A stretch of 64,000 nt of DNA from a virus, in the IMG/VR virus record IMGVR_UViG_3300042691_009766, positions 6,391 to 70,390 of that record. The stretch is one strand, 5' to 3'. Both the position numbers and the translations under genes were made by a program. Below, piece after piece: positions 29,886 to 39,043 of this stretch. The notes beneath the pieces are model-generated. The model had not been told where the DNA came from. It worked only from the letters and a program-made list of their open reading frames with translations, and searched no databases. Position 1 is the stretch's first letter. The number at the start of each line of letters is the position of its first letter.

Positions 29886-30313
29886 AATTCTTCAAACGCA
29901 AAAAGCCTAAATACGCCAAGATTACTTCCGTCAAACAGATAAAGGCTCATCTTCGAGAGTTCATCCTAGACTCTCAGATACCTGATGGCGATGCAATTAG
30001 CGTAGAACTAGGTTGTTCTCCCGTTAGCGAAGAAGTGTTGGAAAGAGAGCATGAAGAAAGCGATGCTCGTGTAGAAAAGATAGGGTTCTTAGTTCCTTTG
30101 CTATATGGCTATGCCGCTTTATTTTCTGAGGCGTTTGTTTCCGTATCACCATCGGCTCATGACCACGAAAACCCAGAAATGGAAAAATTTTACGACCACA
30201 TTGCCGAGATAACTAAGCATGCACTGAAAGAGCCAATGGCTCATTTATTAGTGGGTTCAATTTCACAGATGGTAGATTTAGGTCTACTAGAAATACCGAA
30301 AGGGAAACGATGA
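29882..30313 (+). CDS. hypothetical protein
   Basis: GGAG RBS, GTG overlapping polA stop. Confidence 0.65.
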   Translation: MKFFKRKKPKYAKITSVKQIKAHLREFILDSQIPDGDAISVELGCSPVSEEVLEREHEESDARVEKIGFLVPLLYGYAALFSEAFVSVSPSAHDHENPEMEKFYDHIAEITKHALKEPMAHLLVGSISQMVDLGLLEIPKGKR

Positions 30314-30693
30314 ATAACGCAGATTGGTGGGCTAAAAAATTAGGCACCCAACCACAAACTCAAGTTGGTCGACCTGACCCTACACCTCCTATGCCTCCGA
30401 GCCAGCAACCATTGCCTCAGATGCCTTCCTTTCAGCCCGTCAAAGACCCAGCAGAACGTGCTCAAAGTGCAAAGCAAACGCAGACGTGCCCTGACTGCGG
30501 TTCTGCCAATTACATGGCGGTTCAAAATGCTGCGGCACGCTGTTATGATTGCGGGTATCCCATTCAGCAATCAGGCTCACGGTATGGCACTCTTGCGGGG
30601 GCTCATATCGAGGGTGGCGTCAGTCAAGCGGCAGGAAACAACTCGCAAAGTAATTACAACCCACAACAAATCATTGGAAGGATTGGAGAATAA
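30310..30693 (+). CDS. Zn-ribbon protein with Pro/Gln-rich N-terminus
   Basis: CPDCG...CYDCGY. Confidence 0.7.
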   Translation: MNNADWWAKKLGTQPQTQVGRPDPTPPMPPSQQPLPQMPSFQPVKDPAERAQSAKQTQTCPDCGSANYMAVQNAAARCYDCGYPIQQSGSRYGTLAGAHIEGGVSQAAGNNSQSNYNPQQIIGRIGE

Positions 30694-30881
30694 TGGCAAC
30701 AACAGAACAACTAGATAGACTTCAGGAACTAACTTGGATTATGGCTAGAGCCCGTATGGTGACTATCCTTGTCCAAAACGGTCTGGTCGAAGTATCCCCA
30801 GAGGGCAACGCAGGTTTTTACCGAGGCGATGAGTGGGTTTCCATTTACGACTTGTTTGGAGAATTAAATGAAAACAATTGA
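30693..30881 (+). CDS. hypothetical protein
   Basis: TAATG coupling, GGAG RBS. Confidence 0.6.
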   Translation: MATTEQLDRLQELTWIMARARMVTILVQNGLVEVSPEGNAGFYRGDEWVSIYDLFGELNENN

Positions 30882-31005
30882 GTGGATAACTTTTGCAATT
30901 TTTATTACTACCATAATAACCTCATTGATTTGGGCTTTGGCATGGTCTCTTTCTACCAGTGCCCGACTCACAAGCGAACTTAGAAAAAAGGAAAAGAATG
31001 GTTAA
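30868..31005 (+). CDS. small single-pass membrane protein
   Basis: MKTIEWITFAIFITTIITSLIWALAW...; translated by hand. Confidence 0.55.
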   Translation: MKTIEWITFAIFITTIITSLIWALAWSLSTSARLTSELRKKEKNG

Positions 31006-32041
31006 TGCAGATGCCATGAAAATCATGGCTCAATTAAATAAGCGATTCGGTGATAATACAGTCGTAATGGCTGGAAACATACGTTCCGAGTTGATTAAAC
31101 GCATGACCACAGGCAGCACAACCTTCGACTACATTCTTGGCGGAGGGTTTCCTAGCAATCAGTGGAACGAATTAATCGGTGAGCCATCTCATGGCAAAAC
31201 TGCAATCGCTTTGAAAACCATTGCCGCCAACCAACAGAACGACCCAGAGTTCATAACTGTATGGGTAGCCGCAGAACAATGGGTTCCAGAGTATGCGGAA
31301 ATGTGTGGCGTAGATATAAGTCGTGTAATAGTAGTTGAGACCAACATCATGGAAGAAGCGTACGATGCAGTCATAGCATTTGCCGAATCAAAATCAGTAG
31401 ATGCCATAGTAATCGACTCTTTGCCAGCCCTAGTCCCTGGTCCAGAAGATGAAAAGACTATGGATGAGTTTACAGTTGGTCGTGGAGCATTACTTACAAA
31501 CAAGTTTTTCCGCAAGGCTGGTGCCGCAATGAAGCGTAGCCTGACCGAAAATGAACGCCCAATTCTAGGCATCATTATTAACCAGTGGCGTATGAAGATT
31601 GGCGTGATGCACGGTGACCCTCGCACAACCCCAGGCGGTGTAGGTAAAGACTATGCGTTCTTCACTCGCTCAGAGGTAAAGCGTGATGAGTGGATTGAAG
31701 CAGGAACAGGCGTAAATAAAATGCGTGTAGGTCAGCGAATTAAAATCCGCACACTAAAGAATAAGACGGCTCCGCCTAGTCGTACCGCATACCTAGACTT
31801 CTATTTCTCTGACCATAGCATTTATTCTGCGGGAGATTACGATGTCGCTAAAGAAGTTGCGGCTATGGCAATAGTGAAGCAGATAGTTGACCGTAAAGGT
31901 GGCTGGATTTACTATGCAGACCGTAAATGGCAGGGTCAAGAGGCTCTTGTTAATTCTTTGCGTGAAGAGGTAGACTTCTTTGATGAGTTACGAGATAAAG
32001 TACTTACAACACCAGATAGTTTTGTAGGAGAGGAAGAGTAA
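30998..32041 (+). CDS. recA: RecA-like recombinase
   Basis: GEPSHGKT, IVIDSLPAL, INQ.RMKIGVMHGDP.TTPGG, KNKTAPP. Confidence 0.95.
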   Translation: MVNADAMKIMAQLNKRFGDNTVVMAGNIRSELIKRMTTGSTTFDYILGGGFPSNQWNELIGEPSHGKTAIALKTIAANQQNDPEFITVWVAAEQWVPEYAEMCGVDISRVIVVETNIMEEAYDAVIAFAESKSVDAIVIDSLPALVPGPEDEKTMDEFTVGRGALLTNKFFRKAGAAMKRSLTENERPILGIIINQWRMKIGVMHGDPRTTPGGVGKDYAFFTRSEVKRDEWIEAGTGVNKMRVGQRIKIRTLKNKTAPPSRTAYLDFYFSDHSIYSAGDYDVAKEVAAMAIVKQIVDRKGGWIYYADRKWQGQEALVNSLREEVDFFDELRDKVLTTPDSFVGEEE

Positions 32042-32268
32042 TGGAATTTGACCAAAAATGGGCGGAAGACCTCGAAAGAAGTTATGAAGAGTATCTTTGG
32101 GACTGTGAAGCCTCGATAGATGGAGAAGAGTCGGAGGACTTTGCAACTTTATCGGGTGAACCGTTTGATGGGTGCAGTACTTGTTACACCCGTGAACAGT
32201 TATTCTTTTTAATCCCAAGAATTATCAAAGCCTATAAAGAGGGTAAGATTACTGTTAATGAAGAGTGA
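32041..32268 (+). CDS. acidic hypothetical protein
   Basis: coupled ORF with C..C. Confidence 0.6.
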   Translation: MEFDQKWAEDLERSYEEYLWDCEASIDGEESEDFATLSGEPFDGCSTCYTREQLFFLIPRIIKAYKEGKITVNEE

Positions 32269-32578
32269 AGGTCAAAAGAACTCGCAAAAACACGAGAAAC
32301 GTCTAGCCAAAGCAATTAATGGTAAAACTAATGCTGGCTCTGGGGCGTTCTGGTCCCGTAAAGGAGACGTCAGAAGCGATAGTATTTTGATTGAACACAA
32401 GTGGACTGGTAAACTATCCAAGACCATACACTCCAAAGATTTAAAGAAGATAACTAATGAAGCGATTATGGATGGAAGACTGCCAGTGTTTGGCATCCAT
32501 CTTGATGGCGAAGACTATGTTATTCTTTTGGAAACTGACTTTTTAGAATTGTGGAATAAAGTTGAAACTACCTTATGA
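32258..32578 (+). CDS. PD-(D/E)xK nuclease (Holliday junction resolvase-like)
   Basis: E...., GSGA, GDV, IEHK. Confidence 0.75.
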   Translation: MKSEGQKNSQKHEKRLAKAINGKTNAGSGAFWSRKGDVRSDSILIEHKWTGKLSKTIHSKDLKKITNEAIMDGRLPVFGIHLDGEDYVILLETDFLELWNKVETTL

Positions 32579-32912
32579 TGACGACTACTCTTGGTTTGAT
32601 GAGGCGGCTTGTGCCGCTAAAGGAGTAGACCCAGAGATTTTTTATCCACCAAGAGATAAAGATTTATACAGGCAACAGGCAGATGAAGCAAAGGGGTATT
32701 GTTATGGAACAGTTGGAAGACCGCCATGCCCAGTCAGGACTAGGTGTCTGTGGCAAGCAGTTAGAACAGATGAACAACATGGAATTTGGGGCGGAATGTC
32801 CCACAGAGAACGTAACGCTTACATCCGTAAGTGGCAACGACAGTATAAAAACAAAATGACATTAAAGGAATATGTCTTTTTAGGAAAGGAATACAACAAT
32901 GGCAGTAACTGA
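32562..32912 (+). CDS. whiB: WhiB-family transcription factor
   Basis: AAC..DPEIFY, C...CPV...C, HGIWGG.S..ER. Confidence 0.93.
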   Translation: MKLPYDDDYSWFDEAACAAKGVDPEIFYPPRDKDLYRQQADEAKGYCYGTVGRPPCPVRTRCLWQAVRTDEQHGIWGGMSHRERNAYIRKWQRQYKNKMTLKEYVFLGKEYNNGSN

Positions 32913-33750
32913 TGCAGAACTAAAGAGGTTCTTGGACGCAAAGAAAACTAAATCACGTCTACTAGGCGACATTGAACGCTACTTACAGAAGCGTCCAGCA
33001 GGGGATAGAAGCACTACTGTTCTCCACCCTTCAGAGATTATCAAAAAGGATTTCTGTATCCGTGGGTCTTATTTCCTCATGCGTGGTCACACAAAGGTGG
33101 CTGCAAACCCTGGGCTAAAACTTCAGAGCATATTTGATACAGGGCATCAAATTCACGCCAAATGGCAATCATGGTTTCAAGACATGGGCGTTCTACACGG
33201 CAACTTTAAGTGTCTTGTATGTAATAAATTGACTTGGGGAACTTCACCTCAAGCGTGTGAGCACTGTGGTCGACCAGACCGCCTAGAGTACGCCGAAGTA
33301 ACTCTAAAAGACGACAACTTGCGTATCGCTGGGCACACCGATGGCTGGATTAAAGGAATTGGTAACGACACTTTAATTGAAATTAAGTCAATCGGTGCAG
33401 GAACAATTCGTTATGGTCAGCCATCACTTTTGGCGGATGCTGATGGAGATTTGTTCAAAGCATGGGGCAGAATCACTCGACCATTTTCTGACCACATTTT
33501 GCAGGGTCAGGTTTATCTTGAACTGATGAACCGCATGGGTCATGACATTAATGAGATTGTATTTTTGTACGAACTTAAGGCTGACCAATCGTTCAAGGAG
33601 TTCTCAGTGAAGCGTGACTTTGAACTTGTAAGACACATTTTTGACAAAGCCCAAAAAGTAATCGATGCGGTAGACGCTTCTACTGAACCCGCTTGCACCA
33701 ACAACCCAGGCAGTACTTGCCCACAATGCTCACCGTATAGCGAGGATTAA
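32899..33750 (+). CDS. Cas4-like PD-(D/E)xK exonuclease
   Basis: HPS...C, G..IH, GHTDG, IEIKS, Q...Y, C-terminal C..CPQC. Confidence 0.8.
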   Translation: MAVTDAELKRFLDAKKTKSRLLGDIERYLQKRPAGDRSTTVLHPSEIIKKDFCIRGSYFLMRGHTKVAANPGLKLQSIFDTGHQIHAKWQSWFQDMGVLHGNFKCLVCNKLTWGTSPQACEHCGRPDRLEYAEVTLKDDNLRIAGHTDGWIKGIGNDTLIEIKSIGAGTIRYGQPSLLADADGDLFKAWGRITRPFSDHILQGQVYLELMNRMGHDINEIVFLYELKADQSFKEFSVKRDFELVRHIFDKAQKVIDAVDASTEPACTNNPGSTCPQCSPYSED

Positions 33751-34211
33751 TGAGTGCCCTAGAGAAGTTTAAGGATTGGGGTCTTCATTTTCACAAGCCT
33801 TCTGGCGAACAAGTAATCTTGCCGAATGATATAACTTCGGTTGACTCAGAAGAACTTGGCGGGTTATTCACAAGACTAACCGCTTGGACAGATTACATTG
33901 CTTCGCAGTTAACTATGGCGTTGTTGGAAGAACGAGCCGCTTTGAAGAAAAAAGAATTTACCGAGAACACTATGTTAATAAGGCGTATGGGTGCTCAAGT
34001 AAAAGGTGAGAGAGTAACTAAAGTCAAAGCGGAAATATCCATTTCTCCAGAACTAGTTGAACTAGATAATGATTATGAAGAAAAGTATGCTTATCGCAAA
34101 TTAGTAGAGATGCTGTTGTCTAATCATGAAAGAGACTTACAGTTAGTTAGCCGTGAGATAACACGGAGACAGAGCGAGTCTAGGCTATCTAGAAAAGACT
34201 TGGGTATCTAA
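33750..34211 (+). CDS. helical protein, possible recombination mediator
   Basis: coiled-coil ending SREITRR; recombination context. Confidence 0.5.
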   Translation: MSALEKFKDWGLHFHKPSGEQVILPNDITSVDSEELGGLFTRLTAWTDYIASQLTMALLEERAALKKKEFTENTMLIRRMGAQVKGERVTKVKAEISISPELVELDNDYEEKYAYRKLVEMLLSNHERDLQLVSREITRRQSESRLSRKDLGI

Positions 34212-34315
34212 TGAGCATACTTTTTCAAGGGCTAATCGCACTAGGGCTTATTTTAGCAATTGTCGCATTTGCAACATGGATTGAGAAAAAATTTGACCAT
34301 TGGGATGAAGAATGA
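34211..34315 (+). CDS. small membrane peptide
   Basis: MSILFQGLIALGLILAIVAFATWIEK...; coupled on both sides. Confidence 0.5.
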   Translation: MSILFQGLIALGLILAIVAFATWIEKKFDHWDEE

Positions 34316-34878
34316 TTATTGGTTTAAGTGGCTATGCTCGTAGTGGCAAAGATACAGTGGCAGAGTTTTTGGTTGAGAAATACGGATTCACTAGGTTAGC
34401 CTTTGCAGACCCTATGCGGGAAGCGTTACTTAGGCTAAACCCTAAAGTCACCGTCAGCGGTGTTCAAGGTGTTTATCTGGCATCTGTGGTCAATAAACTG
34501 GGCTGGGACGCAATTAAGGATTTAAGTCCAGAAGTTCGTGAACTGCTTCAGCGTATGGGTACTGAAGTTGGTCGTGAAATGTTTGGCGAGCATTTTTGGA
34601 TTGACTATCTTATGAATAAAGCAATTGACGCCAAGACCGATGTGGTCATTTCTGACGTCAGATACCTAAATGAAATAGAAGCAATCAGGCTTTGGAACGG
34701 TCAAGTATGGCGAGTAAACAGACCTAATGTTGGTCCTGCCAATTCCCATTCTTCCGAACAAGAGGTTGACCTTTACCAAAACTATGATGTCATCATAAAT
34801 AACGACTCTACTAAAGAAGAACTATTTTTTGAGTTAGCACCTCTTTTGGACAGACTTAAGGCTCATAATGGCAATTAA
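34312..34878 (+). CDS. deoxynucleoside monophosphate kinase
   Basis: IIGLSGYARSGKDT, FADP, RELLQRMGTE, ISDVR..NE, H.SE. Confidence 0.92.
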   Translation: MIIGLSGYARSGKDTVAEFLVEKYGFTRLAFADPMREALLRLNPKVTVSGVQGVYLASVVNKLGWDAIKDLSPEVRELLQRMGTEVGREMFGEHFWIDYLMNKAIDAKTDVVISDVRYLNEIEAIRLWNGQVWRVNRPNVGPANSHSSEQEVDLYQNYDVIINNDSTKEELFFELAPLLDRLKAHNGN

Positions 34879-35446
34879 GGAGTTCAACGGACACCTGAAA
34901 AGCGACCAAGAAATAACACTAGGTATTGACCAATCATTAACAGGGTTTGCACTATCAGCAGTCTCCGTTGCAACTCCATCAGAGCATATGACTTGGGTGT
35001 ATAAATCTCCGTATAAAGGCGTGCAACGCCTAGCAGATATCATGGAGTGGCTAGACGTCAAGATAGAAGACCTACTTTTTGAGCGTCTAACTATAAAAGA
35101 TATTGCTATGGAAGGCACAGTTTTAGCCTCACAATCAGCCCTAGTTTTAGGCGAGTTATCCGCCACAGTCAAACTAACTTTATGGAATTTCTTTGACGAC
35201 CACCTAAAAACCCCCCTTCAAATTCCTCCAATGACCCTAAAGAAATACGCTACTGGCAAAGGAACAGCAAAAAAACAAGAGATGCTCCTACAAATCTACA
35301 AAAGATGGGGCATAGAATTTAACGATGATAATGCCGCTGACGCCTATTCTTTGGCTAGATTGGCTGGAGGTCACGCTATTTCAGCCATAGAAACTCAAAT
35401 TGTTGAACAAATAAAAGACCCGAAGTATAGGGACACAATAGGCTAA
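34868..35446 (+). CDS. ruvC: RuvC-like Holliday junction resolvase
   Basis: LGIDQSLTG, MEG, LKKYATGKG.A.K, DN.ADA. Confidence 0.88.
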   Translation: MAIKEFNGHLKSDQEITLGIDQSLTGFALSAVSVATPSEHMTWVYKSPYKGVQRLADIMEWLDVKIEDLLFERLTIKDIAMEGTVLASQSALVLGELSATVKLTLWNFFDDHLKTPLQIPPMTLKKYATGKGTAKKQEMLLQIYKRWGIEFNDDNAADAYSLARLAGGHAISAIETQIVEQIKDPKYRDTIG

Positions 35447-35503
35447 ATACTGGGTATTCTTAGTTGTAGGGATGGCATACAATTCGACAACTAAGGACTA
35501 CAA

Positions 35504-35797
35504 ATGTCAGAAGAAATCAATGCACCCTCCACAGAAGAGCCCTTTCTTCGTGTAAGTGCCAGTTCTAACGCACAATCTCTAGCATCCGCAATCGCACACG
35601 CTATCTACGACAGTCGACAGGTAAAACTTCGTGCCGTAGGTGCAGGGGCAGTAAACCAGGCAGTAAAGGCTATCGCCATTGCTCGTGGTTATGTTGCTCC
35701 AAGAGGTCTAGACCTCGTTGATAAGCCTGGGTTCACCACTATTGATTCCCGTGATGGCGAAATCAGTGCAATAGTATTTACCGTTACAGCAAGTTAA
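35504..35797 (+). CDS. spoVS: SpoVS-family (Alba-like) protein
   Basis: LRVSASS....LASAIA, AVGAGAVNQAVKAIAIARGYVAP.G.DL...P.F. Confidence 0.9.
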   Translation: MSEEINAPSTEEPFLRVSASSNAQSLASAIAHAIYDSRQVKLRAVGAGAVNQAVKAIAIARGYVAPRGLDLVDKPGFTTIDSRDGEISAIVFTVTAS

Positions 35798-35833
35798 AAA
35801 AGGTTTACTCTTATAGAGAGATAAAGGAGCCAC

Positions 35834-36244
35834 ATGGCAACTCGTTTTAGTGTTGGACACGCAATGCGTCGTCGCAACGGAACCCCTTCAAGTTCAATGA
35901 AAGCAGCAGGAAACATGAAAAACCGCACTCACCTAACTCACCACGAAGCAATTGATGCAGCATCTCAGGTTGGTAGCCCACGTCTACCAATTAGTGCTGC
36001 TCCAGCACTTCAGGGAACTCTAGTTCCAAAGAAGAGCGTACAGGCAGGTGACCCAACCAACCCTGGAAGTAAGGCTAACCGCCAGAACATCGAGCGTATT
36101 GGTGCTACCTATCGTGTCACTGTTCCTTTCACCCCAACCATCGACCCAGCCGCTGGACCAACTATGGCTAACGCCAAGATGATTCCATCAGTATCAGGTC
36201 GTACCAATAACTTCGGTCAAGAAGCGTCTATTTCCGTACAGTAA
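35834..36244 (+). CDS. hypothetical protein
   Basis: AAGGAG RBS. Confidence 0.7.
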   Translation: MATRFSVGHAMRRRNGTPSSSMKAAGNMKNRTHLTHHEAIDAASQVGSPRLPISAAPALQGTLVPKKSVQAGDPTNPGSKANRQNIERIGATYRVTVPFTPTIDPAAGPTMANAKMIPSVSGRTNNFGQEASISVQ

Positions 36245-36246
36245 TC

Positions 36247-36504
36247 ATGTCGTTATCTAGAAGAGTAACCGAGAGCCCTGACTCCCCGAATAGTAGTGTC
36301 GAACAAGACCACTATGAAGGTCCTCATGGCGGCGGAACATCTTACCAAAAAGAATACCGTACATCTTTTCAGTCATCGGGTGGGTCATTTACTACCAAAG
36401 GTTTAACTGGTGGTCGTGTTATTGGTTTAAGCGGTCAAAGTCGTTCAAGCCTAGTCAACTGGGATGCTGGGGCAAGTAGTACGCCAGGATTTACAAAGAA
36501 CTAA
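36247..36504 (+). CDS. Ser/Gly-rich hypothetical protein
   Basis: follows previous ORF, ends before terminator. Confidence 0.55.
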   Translation: MSLSRRVTESPDSPNSSVEQDHYEGPHGGGTSYQKEYRTSFQSSGGSFTTKGLTGGRVIGLSGQSRSSLVNWDAGASSTPGFTKN

Positions 36505-36506
36505 TG

Positions 36507-36534
36507 AAATACCCCCGATTATTCGGGGGTATTT
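36507..36534. terminator. bidirectional terminator-like hairpin
   Basis: AAATACCCCCGA-ttat-TCGGGGGTATTT between convergent ORFs. Confidence 0.7.
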
Positions 36535-36698
36535 TCTTCATGCAAAGCAATGTGCTCTGTTTGAAGTTGTTTTAACTCTTTAGGGTCAATAGTCGGATTT
36601 CCAAAAGATTCTCCGCATTTATAGCAGAAGACCGTCCATCTAGTCACGTCATCCTCTAGTACTTTATGCCCACTAATTACTGCAATCTGTCCGTTCAT
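36519..36698 (-). CDS. small Zn-finger-like protein (CYKC...H..H)
   Basis: AAAGGA RBS before ATG at 36698; lone minus-strand gene. Confidence 0.55.
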   Translation of the reverse strand: MNGQIAVISGHKVLEDDVTRWTVFCYKCGESFGNPTIDPKELKQLQTEHIALHEENTPE

Positions 36699-36749
36699 TT
36701 TATTCCTTTTTATCCTGTATCCCTGAATGTTATCAGTCATACTTAGTTT

Positions 36750-37316
36750 ATGACAAGTTTTGATAAAAACCAAGTTACAGTAACCCCAACTCAGGGTAAC
36801 TACGTAATTCGCCGCCTAGCGACTAGCCCTGGTGCCCAAAAGTTTATTGATTCCACCGAAACAAATGGTGGGGCAACCATGGATTTGCGTACCATGAAAC
36901 TTTATGGTGAAAATGGTCCAGAAGAAGCGGAATCCGTAGGTGCAGAGCCCTCATCCCTGACAGGCAAACCAATCGCTACCCATATTTATGAAAGCGTGCC
37001 TAACATCAGCCATCAGCAATTTGCCCACGAGTTCCTTAGAATCCAAAATCAAAGTCATCCTGGAGCATCTATTGGTTCTTGGAAGAATGATGGCAATATT
37101 GAAATAGACGCATCTAGAGTCTTTTCAGACCCAATGGAAGCCAGCCACGCAGTAGTGGACCGAGACCAAGACGCCTCATTTGATTTCCGAAAGTTTGATG
37201 ACACTACCTACGAAGAACACGCAAAGCGTATCGGAAGCACTAAACCACAGAACAAAAAAGCAAAAACAGAGGTTAGAATACCTCCTGAAGGAACACCAAA
37301 GATTACAGGTGAATAA
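36750..37316 (+). CDS. hypothetical protein (leaderless)
   Basis: CATACT-N6-ATG; IGSW...EIDAS motif. Confidence 0.7.
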   Translation: MTSFDKNQVTVTPTQGNYVIRRLATSPGAQKFIDSTETNGGATMDLRTMKLYGENGPEEAESVGAEPSSLTGKPIATHIYESVPNISHQQFAHEFLRIQNQSHPGASIGSWKNDGNIEIDASRVFSDPMEASHAVVDRDQDASFDFRKFDDTTYEEHAKRIGSTKPQNKKAKTEVRIPPEGTPKITGE

Positions 37317-37843
37317 TGGCTGGTGTAGTTAATAACTTTAGCCCTCAACAAAACTGGCAGTCATTAGGTGGCAACGGTTTTATAGGCTATAACAATCAAG
37401 GCGGTCAGGGCGTTCCTATTGCCCGTAGCGACCTTGACGCTATCCGTATTGGTACAGGACGAGTTCCTTACGCAGAATACCCTGACGGCTATTTAGGCAC
37501 AATTCGTTCGAGACGTGATGACCGTTTACTCGATTCAATTAAAAGTCGTGTAGGACAAAAAGCCTATCAGCGTGGTGTTCACAAAGGTGAACGTATTGAG
37601 CCTTCAATGTATTTCTGGTCACCAGAGTTTAACGACCAGATGGGTTTACAGCGTCAAGCAAAAGCCAAATACGATGCTAAAGCAGGTGTATGGCGTACAC
37701 CAAAAGCAGGTCCACAGTTCCAACTAACTCCTGCACCGCACCTCGTCAATGACGGTAAGGCAAACATTACCTCAGATGCCCCAAGTGCCATGAATACAAT
37801 TCGTGCCCAACAGATGGCTTATCTAAAGCCAGTTTGGAGATAA
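37316..37843 (+). CDS. conserved phage hypothetical protein
   Basis: P.AEYPDGYLGTIRSRR.DRLL...YQRGVHKGERI. Confidence 0.75.
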   Translation: MAGVVNNFSPQQNWQSLGGNGFIGYNNQGGQGVPIARSDLDAIRIGTGRVPYAEYPDGYLGTIRSRRDDRLLDSIKSRVGQKAYQRGVHKGERIEPSMYFWSPEFNDQMGLQRQAKAKYDAKAGVWRTPKAGPQFQLTPAPHLVNDGKANITSDAPSAMNTIRAQQMAYLKPVWR

Positions 37844-37844
37844 C

Positions 37845-38216
37845 ATGGGGTCGTATTCTTTTGATGGTCGCTATGACTACACAAAGCCTTGGGTAGGAAC
37901 TCCTAGAGAAAATGTAGAAGCACTACCCCCAAGATGGAGTTACAACGGTCCTTGGGCATCAAACATGGAACGCTTAACCCAGCAAGCGTTGATGGCAGCC
38001 ACCATGCCTGGGGCAGTTTTGCAGGAGCAAGTTAGACCACCAATTCCACAAATCAGAGTTTTTCCAGACAGATTTGGGTTTGGTGTGAGACTACAGCCAG
38101 ACATAAATGACGTAGTTTCATTAGACAGAGTTTACACGGAACCCAGAGTTTCGTGGTACAGCGGAAGCCCAGCAGGGTATTCTGGTAGCAGTAGAAATAG
38201 TTTGGAGAGTCTATAA
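37845..38216 (+). CDS. hypothetical protein
   Basis: GGAG RBS. Confidence 0.7.
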   Translation: MGSYSFDGRYDYTKPWVGTPRENVEALPPRWSYNGPWASNMERLTQQALMAATMPGAVLQEQVRPPIPQIRVFPDRFGFGVRLQPDINDVVSLDRVYTEPRVSWYSGSPAGYSGSSRNSLESL

Positions 38217-39043
38217 TGGCAGGAAACGAACGTTCGGGCAGGTTTACCACTAATCGCCCTGAACTTATAGGTAATGAAGGAAATCAAACTCCCCTAGAAT
38301 TTCGTGGTGTTGATAAAAGTAAAGCACAAGGCATGATTGATGACCTTAACGCCGAAGCAACCTACAATGATTGGTCAAACCATAAAGCCTCTGGTCATCT
38401 AAATGAACTTCACCAATCGCTAGAGTATTTGCACCAAAACTCAGAAAGCCGTAGTGCGTTGGTACTAAAGAGTCGTGTAGGAGAATTAGCGGATGCAAGA
38501 AATAAACTTGGGTTTACTTTGCACGAAGACATCATGAATGGCGTGAAAGACATTGCAGAACGTCTAAGCACAATGGATGTAGAGTCACTTCCAGAACATG
38601 CTAAACCTCACCACGCCACAGCACTAGAAGCCGCTAACAACTTTATTCGTACAGCAGAACCTGCGTATAGTACCGAAAGCACCTCTAACTATTACACTCG
38701 TCAGAAGCAGCATAAAGATGCCACTAAGACATCCATTATGCTTGAGCCAGAATATCGTGCAAATATCTATGATTACCCACATTCTAGAGCAGAAGAAGCC
38801 CCAGTCAAAAAAACTGAACCATTGAGCACTACCGCCACTATGACCGCATCTGGCAATGTAGTTGAAGGAGTTCGTAAACGTCAAAGTTGGTTAGACATGA
38901 TGAAGGCTACCACTCACGGCAGATACGCCCTCAGAGCCCAAGGTAAAATGCCTAACTATGAAGCGTCAAGAACGCCAGAGCAGATTGCCGCTAAAGCCGC
39001 TGCTCGCAAGGCTAGAAATGCCGCAAAGAAGGCAGGTCAATAA
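38216..39043 (+). CDS. hypothetical protein (possible internal virion protein)
   Basis: TAATG coupling; helical; K/A-rich C-terminus. Confidence 0.7.
   Translation: MAGNERSGRFTTNRPELIGNEGNQTPLEFRGVDKSKAQGMIDDLNAEATYNDWSNHKASGHLNELHQSLEYLHQNSESRSALVLKSRVGELADARNKLGFTLHEDIMNGVKDIAERLSTMDVESLPEHAKPHHATALEAANNFIRTAEPAYSTESTSNYYTRQKQHKDATKTSIMLEPEYRANIYDYPHSRAEEAPVKKTEPLSTTATMTASGNVVEGVRKRQSWLDMMKATTHGRYALRAQGKMPNYEASRTPEQIAAKAAARKARNAAKKAGQ

Noticed and set aside
31189-31626. 145-aa antisense ORF in recA and similar 60-140 aa antisense ORFs elsewhere
   Set aside because: Lengths are plausible by chance and there are no initiation signals, unlike the 486-codon nrdJ case.
32899-33750. Cas4-like gene as evidence of CRISPR-Cas
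   Set aside because: Solo Cas4-like nucleases are common in phage recombination modules; here it lies among recA, resolvase and ruvC genes.
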